A stretch of DNA of 64,000 bases from an uncultured bacterium (GTDB lineage: Bacteria; Krumholzibacteriota; Krumholzibacteriia; LZORAL124-64-63): the NCBI GenBank assembly GCA_963727525.1, contig CAVSGO010000005.1:160001-224000 (forward strand). Reading direction: 5' to 3'. The notes under the pieces were generated by a model. It ran no database searches. It was not told where the DNA came from and saw only the letters and a program-made list of their open reading frames with translations. Below, piece by piece: positions 59,463 through 64,000 of this stretch (positions within the stretch are counted from its first letter, which is position 1; each line of letters opens with the position of its first letter). Position numbers and translations under genes: made by a program.

Positions 59463-59951
59463 TTACCCCAGCGACTTCACGAACACGTACTTCGCATCGC
59501 CCGGCGCGTAGAAGTCGGCGAACACGGCCGCGGTGTCGTAGCCGCAGCGCGTGTAGAAGCCTCGCGTAGGCGCGTACTGCGGTCGGCCGCTCGTCTCGGC
59601 GTAGACGGCGGTGCCGCCTGCCGCGCGGATCTTCAACTCCGTGGCCACGAGCAAACTCCGTCCGAGGCCGCTACCCTGCCGATCGGGATGGACGGCGATC
59701 CAGTAGAGGTCGAAGCTGCCCTCGGTGAGGGGGATGCGGCCGTAACACGAGTAGCCGACGAGACGCGCGCCGTCGTCGGCGAGGAGGAACTCGTAGCCGC
59801 TGGCCGCGCCCTTCTCCAGGCGCTCGTCCACCAGTTCCTGGGCGATAGCGACTTCCTCGGCGTGGAAGAACCCCGTCGCCTCGACGAGCGCACGCACGGC
59901 CCCGGCATCGGCCGGCCGCACGGAATCGCGATAGCCCGCGACCTCGGTCAT
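59463..59951 (-). CDS. GNAT N-acetyltransferase
   Basis: ATG overlapping the upstream TGA; DLYWIAVHPDRQGSGLG, ETS..Y..TRGFY..GY, DFYAPGD. Confidence 0.9.
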   Translation of the reverse strand: MTEVAGYRDSVRPADAGAVRALVEATGFFHAEEVAIAQELVDERLEKGAASGYEFLLADDGARLVGYSCYGRIPLTEGSFDLYWIAVHPDRQGSGLGRSLLVATELKIRAAGGTAVYAETSGRPQYAPTRGFYTRCGYDTAAVFADFYAPGDAKYVFVKSLG

Positions 59952-61690
59952 GTCTCGCGACTCCCTTTGCTCAGACCTTCCAGGAAGAACCGGGCGTTGC
60001 GGCCCAGGGTACGGGTACGGTAGCCACCCTCCTGCACCACGAGGGTCGGCAGCCGCAGAGCGCCGATCAGGCGGCCGTTGGCGTGGAAATCGTCGGCCTT
60101 CAGGGTCCACGTGCCCGTGGGATCGCCGCGGCCGGTATCCAGGCCCAGGGCGACCACGAGTACGGCGGGGGCGAAGCGGCGGATCCGGCGCAGCGCCGCC
60201 TCCAGGGCTTCGCGATATCCCGCGCCATCGAGTTGCTCGGGCAGCGGCACGTTGACATTGAACCCGCGGCCGGCGCCCTCCCCCTGCTCGTCGGCAAATC
60301 CCGTGAAGTACGGGTAGGCGAAGCGCGGATGGCCGTGCAGCGAGATCGTGAGCACGTCGTCCCGCGCGTAGAAGATGTCCTGCTGACCGTTGCCGTGGTG
60401 ATAATCCACGTCGAGGATCGCCACCTTGCCCAGATTCGACAGTGCGTGGGCGGCGATCGCCGTGTTGTTGAAGTAGCAGAAGCCGCCGAAGGCGCGGCGC
60501 TCGGCGTGGTGACCGGGCGGCCGCACGAGCGCATAGGCCAGCCGGCGGCCACCGCGGATCTCCTCGACACAGGCCATGGCGCAATCGACCGCCCCACGCG
60601 CGGCCAGGAACGCGTTGCGATTCAGCGGCGTGAACGTGTCGATACAGTAGTACCCCGCACGGATCGCCAGGTCCTGCGGGGGCCGCTGAACGTTGCGGAT
60701 GGGGAACACGTACGGATAGACCGATTTGTCGATCGGCAAGCTGGCGCATACCCGGCGCAGGTATTCCACGAAGTTCGAATCGTGGACCTGCTTGATCCGA
60801 TCGAGCGAGCGCTCGCGGGCCTTGATCATGTCGCACAGCCCCGAGCCGTCCAGCTCGGCGAGGATACGGCGCACACGCACCGGCGCCTCCACGTAGCCGC
60901 GGTCGTGGACGTGATGGATGTCGTGCCGGCTGTTCACAGCCAGGGCGATGCGCTCGTGCCCGATCACGGCCGGCATCCGCGGCGGCGGCGCCGGCTCGCG
61001 CGCGTTGCGTGGCGGCCGCAGCGGGACCGGGTCCTCCTTGAAGGAACGCACCACGGCATCGACGTAGGCCGGCGGGCACAGGTCGCCGTACTTGCGCTCG
61101 AGGATGGCGCGCACCACATCGCGCACGTACGCGCGCCGCAGTGGCTGATCACGATCTAGCAGGTCGGCCACGAGCAGCGGCATGTCCTTGTCGCCGGGTT
61201 CGATGGGTCGGGTGTAGTCGTTGTTGATCAGCGGCCGCGCGCCGAAGCGTTCGTAGAACCGCAGCCGCGCGCGATTGGCCGCGAGATCGGCGCGATCGCT
61301 GCAAGAGGCGGGATCATCGGGCAGGCACTCGAAGAAGATGGCACGGGCACCGAACTCGCGGGCCTCCTCGCGCACGCGTTGATAGAGTGCGGCCCCGATG
61401 CCCCGGCTGGTCAGGCGCGAGCTGCTGGCGATATAATCGAGGTACACCATGTGCAGCTGCGGTTCATGCAGCACGAGCGCGAAGCCCTGCACCCTGCCGT
61501 CGCGAGCCTCGGCCACATGCAGCACGCCGTGAAAACGCTGGATGAACGGGTCGCGCAGCTTGGCCGCAATGCCGGTGATGTCGCGCTCCGACGCGCCGGA
61601 AAACTGGTCGCGCATGATCGCCTGCACCTGCGCGATGGCCTCGCGGTTGATCGGCAGGGAGTCGTCATGGATGCGGCGAATGCGGAACAT
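59948..61690 (-). CDS. GNAT-like domain fused to HDAC/acetylpolyamine amidohydrolase-like deacetylase
   Basis: N-terminal LDYIAS...RGIG.AL...RLRFY; C-terminal RPPGHHA, GFCYFNN, DVDYHHGNG, LGLDT...DP, QEGGY. Confidence 0.88.
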   Translation of the reverse strand: MFRIRRIHDDSLPINREAIAQVQAIMRDQFSGASERDITGIAAKLRDPFIQRFHGVLHVAEARDGRVQGFALVLHEPQLHMVYLDYIASSSRLTSRGIGAALYQRVREEAREFGARAIFFECLPDDPASCSDRADLAANRARLRFYERFGARPLINNDYTRPIEPGDKDMPLLVADLLDRDQPLRRAYVRDVVRAILERKYGDLCPPAYVDAVVRSFKEDPVPLRPPRNAREPAPPPRMPAVIGHERIALAVNSRHDIHHVHDRGYVEAPVRVRRILAELDGSGLCDMIKARERSLDRIKQVHDSNFVEYLRRVCASLPIDKSVYPYVFPIRNVQRPPQDLAIRAGYYCIDTFTPLNRNAFLAARGAVDCAMACVEEIRGGRRLAYALVRPPGHHAERRAFGGFCYFNNTAIAAHALSNLGKVAILDVDYHHGNGQQDIFYARDDVLTISLHGHPRFAYPYFTGFADEQGEGAGRGFNVNVPLPEQLDGAGYREALEAALRRIRRFAPAVLVVALGLDTGRGDPTGTWTLKADDFHANGRLIGALRLPTLVVQEGGYRTRTLGRNARFFLEGLSKGSRET

Positions 61691-61702
61691 CGTCTCGTCC
61701 CT

Positions 61703-62695
61703 CTAGGTGAGTCCGTGCCCGCTCGCCGCGTGGGCGACGATACGGGCGATGATCTCGCGGTATGCGAGCCCCGCACGGGCCGCCGCGGCGGCGTATCCCG
61801 CGTCCGGGGAGAGGCACGCGTTCGCGTTGGCCTCCAGGATCCACGGGTTTCCGTCGGCATCGACACGGAGGTCTACCCGCGCCCATCCTCGCAGGCCCCA
61901 CAGGCGCCAGCACGCGCGGGCCAGATCGCTCAACCGCGCCATCAGCGGCATCTCGGCAGGATCCTCGGGAAACCGGCGCACCGTGTGCGTGTACTCGAAG
62001 GAGCCCTCGTCCCACTTGGCGGCGTAGCCAACGATGCGAGGCTTCTGTGCCGGAAAATCCGCGAAGACGATCTCCGCGATGGGCAGGACCTCGACACCGT
62101 GCGGCCCGGCGAGCAGCGACAGATTGAACTCCCTGCCTTCAATGTAGCGCTCGGCGAACCACGGCGCTCCTGGTCGGTCGGCACGCGCTGCGAGGAGTGC
62201 CCGCGCCGCGCCGGTACCGGCGACGACGGCGGTGTCGTCCATGCCAAGCGACGCGTCCTCCCACAGCGACTTGACGATCCAGCGCGTGTCGGCGTCGTCC
62301 ACGCCGGGATCGACGTCGGACGCGGTGAACCATTGCGGCGTCGGTAGACCGGCGTCGCGCAGCCGCTGCTTGGCCAGCAGCTTGTGCGAGGTCAGGTAGA
62401 TGGCCGCGGCAGGGCAGCCTGCGTAGCGCTGCCTGCGAGCCTCCAGCAAATCCGGCACGAGATGGATCAACCGGCCGTGGCCGCCGAGGGACTCCACGAG
62501 ATTGAAGACGACGTCCGGCCGCTCGCGATCCAGGTAGCTCGCCACGGAGCCCAGGTCGAGATCGCAGCCGAACGCGCCGGCCTCGTGGCCCAGGTCGCGC
62601 AGCGCCTGCGCGACGGCCGCGACCTGGACCAGAACGTCCTGCTCGTCAGGCGCCGCGTGCGGCGCGACCGCGTTGTGCAGTATCGCCACGCGCAT
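61703..62695 (-). CDS. D-Ala-D-Ala ligase-like ATP-grasp protein (paralogue 2)
   Basis: VFNLVE, K...GLPTP, VKS..EDASLG, ERYIEGREF, ARVDLR, LEANAN. Confidence 0.85.
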   Translation of the reverse strand: MRVAILHNAVAPHAAPDEQDVLVQVAAVAQALRDLGHEAGAFGCDLDLGSVASYLDRERPDVVFNLVESLGGHGRLIHLVPDLLEARRQRYAGCPAAAIYLTSHKLLAKQRLRDAGLPTPQWFTASDVDPGVDDADTRWIVKSLWEDASLGMDDTAVVAGTGAARALLAARADRPGAPWFAERYIEGREFNLSLLAGPHGVEVLPIAEIVFADFPAQKPRIVGYAAKWDEGSFEYTHTVRRFPEDPAEMPLMARLSDLARACWRLWGLRGWARVDLRVDADGNPWILEANANACLSPDAGYAAAAARAGLAYREIIARIVAHAASGHGLT

Positions 62696-63707
62696 GGCCG
62701 TTCACCTCCGGGGGCAGGGCCAGGACGCCGATGCGCTCGCTCGCAGACAGGACGATGCGGCCGACGAGCGTCCGGTACGGGATGCCCATCGCCGTGCAGA
62801 TCATCGGCAGATCCGAGTGCTCCGGGTGCATGCCCGCCAGCGGATTGAGCTCCATGATCTGGGGTTCGCCACGCTCGTCGCAGCGCAGGTCGACGCGGCC
62901 GGCGTCGCGGCAGCCGAGCACGCGCCATACGGCGAGCGCCGCGGCCTCGGCCCGCGCGATCACGGGATCGTCGCCGCCGCGCACGGGCACGTAGTCGACC
63001 AGATCCTCGCAGTTCTCCTTGTTGGCGTAGCTGTAGACCCCAGCCTCCGCCTGCGCCCGCAGCACCACCTCGAGCCCGCCGATCGACTCGGCCCGCTCTC
63101 CCGTGCCGATCACGCCGATCGTGAACTCGCGACCCGGGAGGTAGGTCTCCACGAGCACCGGCTGGCGGAACACGGCTAGCAAGTACGCGCAGCGCTCGCG
63201 CAACTCGTCCGGCGTGCGGATGATCGAGGCCCCGTCGATGCCCTTGCTCGTGCCCTCGGCCATCGGCTTGGCGAAGAGCGGATAGGGCAACGCCAGATCG
63301 TCGAGATCGGTCAGGGCGCGCACCTCGGCGAAGGGCGGCGTCGGCAGCCCGGCGTCGCGCATGACGCGCTTGGTCATGCCCTTGTGCAGACACAGCGCCA
63401 GGAGTAGCGGGTCGCTGAAGGTGTACGGGATGGCGTAGGCGTCGAGCAGCGCCGGCACCTGCGCCTCGCGCGCGATGCCGTGCAGCCCCTCGGCGATGTT
63501 GAACACGAGGTCCCAGCGTTCCCCCGCAGCCAGACACTGCGCGAGCGCATGGATACGCCCGATGCGGTCGACCCGGTGGCCGAAGCTACGTAGGGCCCCG
63601 TCGATGGCGTCGATGGTAGAGGCGCGGTCGAACTCCGCCGTTTCCTCCTCGCCGTAGCCGGCGCGCAGGTAGTCCTCGCGCAGGTCGTAGGTCAGACCGA
63701 TGTTCAT
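62646..63707 (-). CDS. D-Ala-D-Ala ligase-like ATP-grasp protein (paralogue 1)
   Basis: VFNIAEG, IPYTFSD, FAKP..EGTSKGI, ETYLPGREF, GRVDLR, MELNP. Confidence 0.87.
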   Translation of the reverse strand: MNIGLTYDLREDYLRAGYGEEETAEFDRASTIDAIDGALRSFGHRVDRIGRIHALAQCLAAGERWDLVFNIAEGLHGIAREAQVPALLDAYAIPYTFSDPLLLALCLHKGMTKRVMRDAGLPTPPFAEVRALTDLDDLALPYPLFAKPMAEGTSKGIDGASIIRTPDELRERCAYLLAVFRQPVLVETYLPGREFTIGVIGTGERAESIGGLEVVLRAQAEAGVYSYANKENCEDLVDYVPVRGGDDPVIARAEAAALAVWRVLGCRDAGRVDLRCDERGEPQIMELNPLAGMHPEHSDLPMICTAMGIPYRTLVGRIVLSASERIGVLALPPEVNGHARGDTAQRGRAARGA

Positions 63708-64000
63708 GTTTGCACCTCCGGCGCCAGATCCGGGTATCTATGGACATTACCGGTGAAGCTACGGAGCAGCACCTCGTCACCCTCGCGCCCGAGGAGATAA
63801 TCGGGTTGCAGCGGCACCTTGCCGCCGCCGCCCGGGGCATCGATGACATAGGTGGGCACCGCGTAGCCGGTGGTGTGACCGCGCAGGCCGCGGATGATCT
63901 CCAGGCCACTCGCGACGCTCGTGCGGAGGTGCGCCGATCCCGAGATCGGGTCGCACTGGTAGAGATAGTATGGACGCACGCGCATCAGCAGCAGACGGTG
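63704..64000 (-). CDS. KamA-family radical SAM aminomutase, 3' part only
   Basis: RVRPYYLYQCD...GSAH.RT...GLRGHTTGYAVPTYVIDAPGGGGKVPL is the KamA C-terminal signature; open to the window edge. Confidence 0.9.
   Translation of the reverse strand, partial: HRLLLMRVRPYYLYQCDPISGSAHLRTSVASGLEIIRGLRGHTTGYAVPTYVIDAPGGGGKVPLQPDYLLGREGDEVLLRSFTGNVHRYPDLAPEVQT

Overview
High-GC bacterial chromosomal window with about 50 tightly packed genes and no rRNA, tRNA or CRISPR array that I can see. Four large secreted proteins end in FlgD-Ig/T9SS-like C-terminal domains and three small secreted proteins end in a short (W/F)GxxKS(L/M)Y tail. This suggests, by inference only, an FCB-related candidate lineage such as Krumholzibacteriota, Latescibacterota or Eisenbacteria. 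Housekeeping blocks are sdhCAB, maeB, a split B12 acyl-CoA mutase with meaB and an acyl-CoA dehydrogenase, a TetR-led NitT/TauT ABC operon and two RRM RNA-binding paralogues. One 1.2-kb IS with 21-bp terminal inverted repeats is present. The most interesting signals are: (1) a satD-DUF3307 module bracketed by two homologous pairs of ACAAC-N8-GTTGT palindromes; (2) an alkaline-phosphatase-superfamily operon that includes an apparent EMC3/TMCO1/DUF106 (Oxa1-superfamily)-like membrane protein and a tiny protein carrying the 'LGY' tail; (3) a KamA / two Ddl-like ATP-grasp / GNAT-HDAC / GNAT cluster suggesting an uncharacterised beta-amino-acid ligation and acetylation pathway; (4) two coexisting C-terminal sorting-type signals sharing a junction motif; (5) mutase residues pointing to isobutyryl-CoA rather than methylmalonyl-CoA specificity. 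All product calls come from motif recognition by eye; no database search was run.
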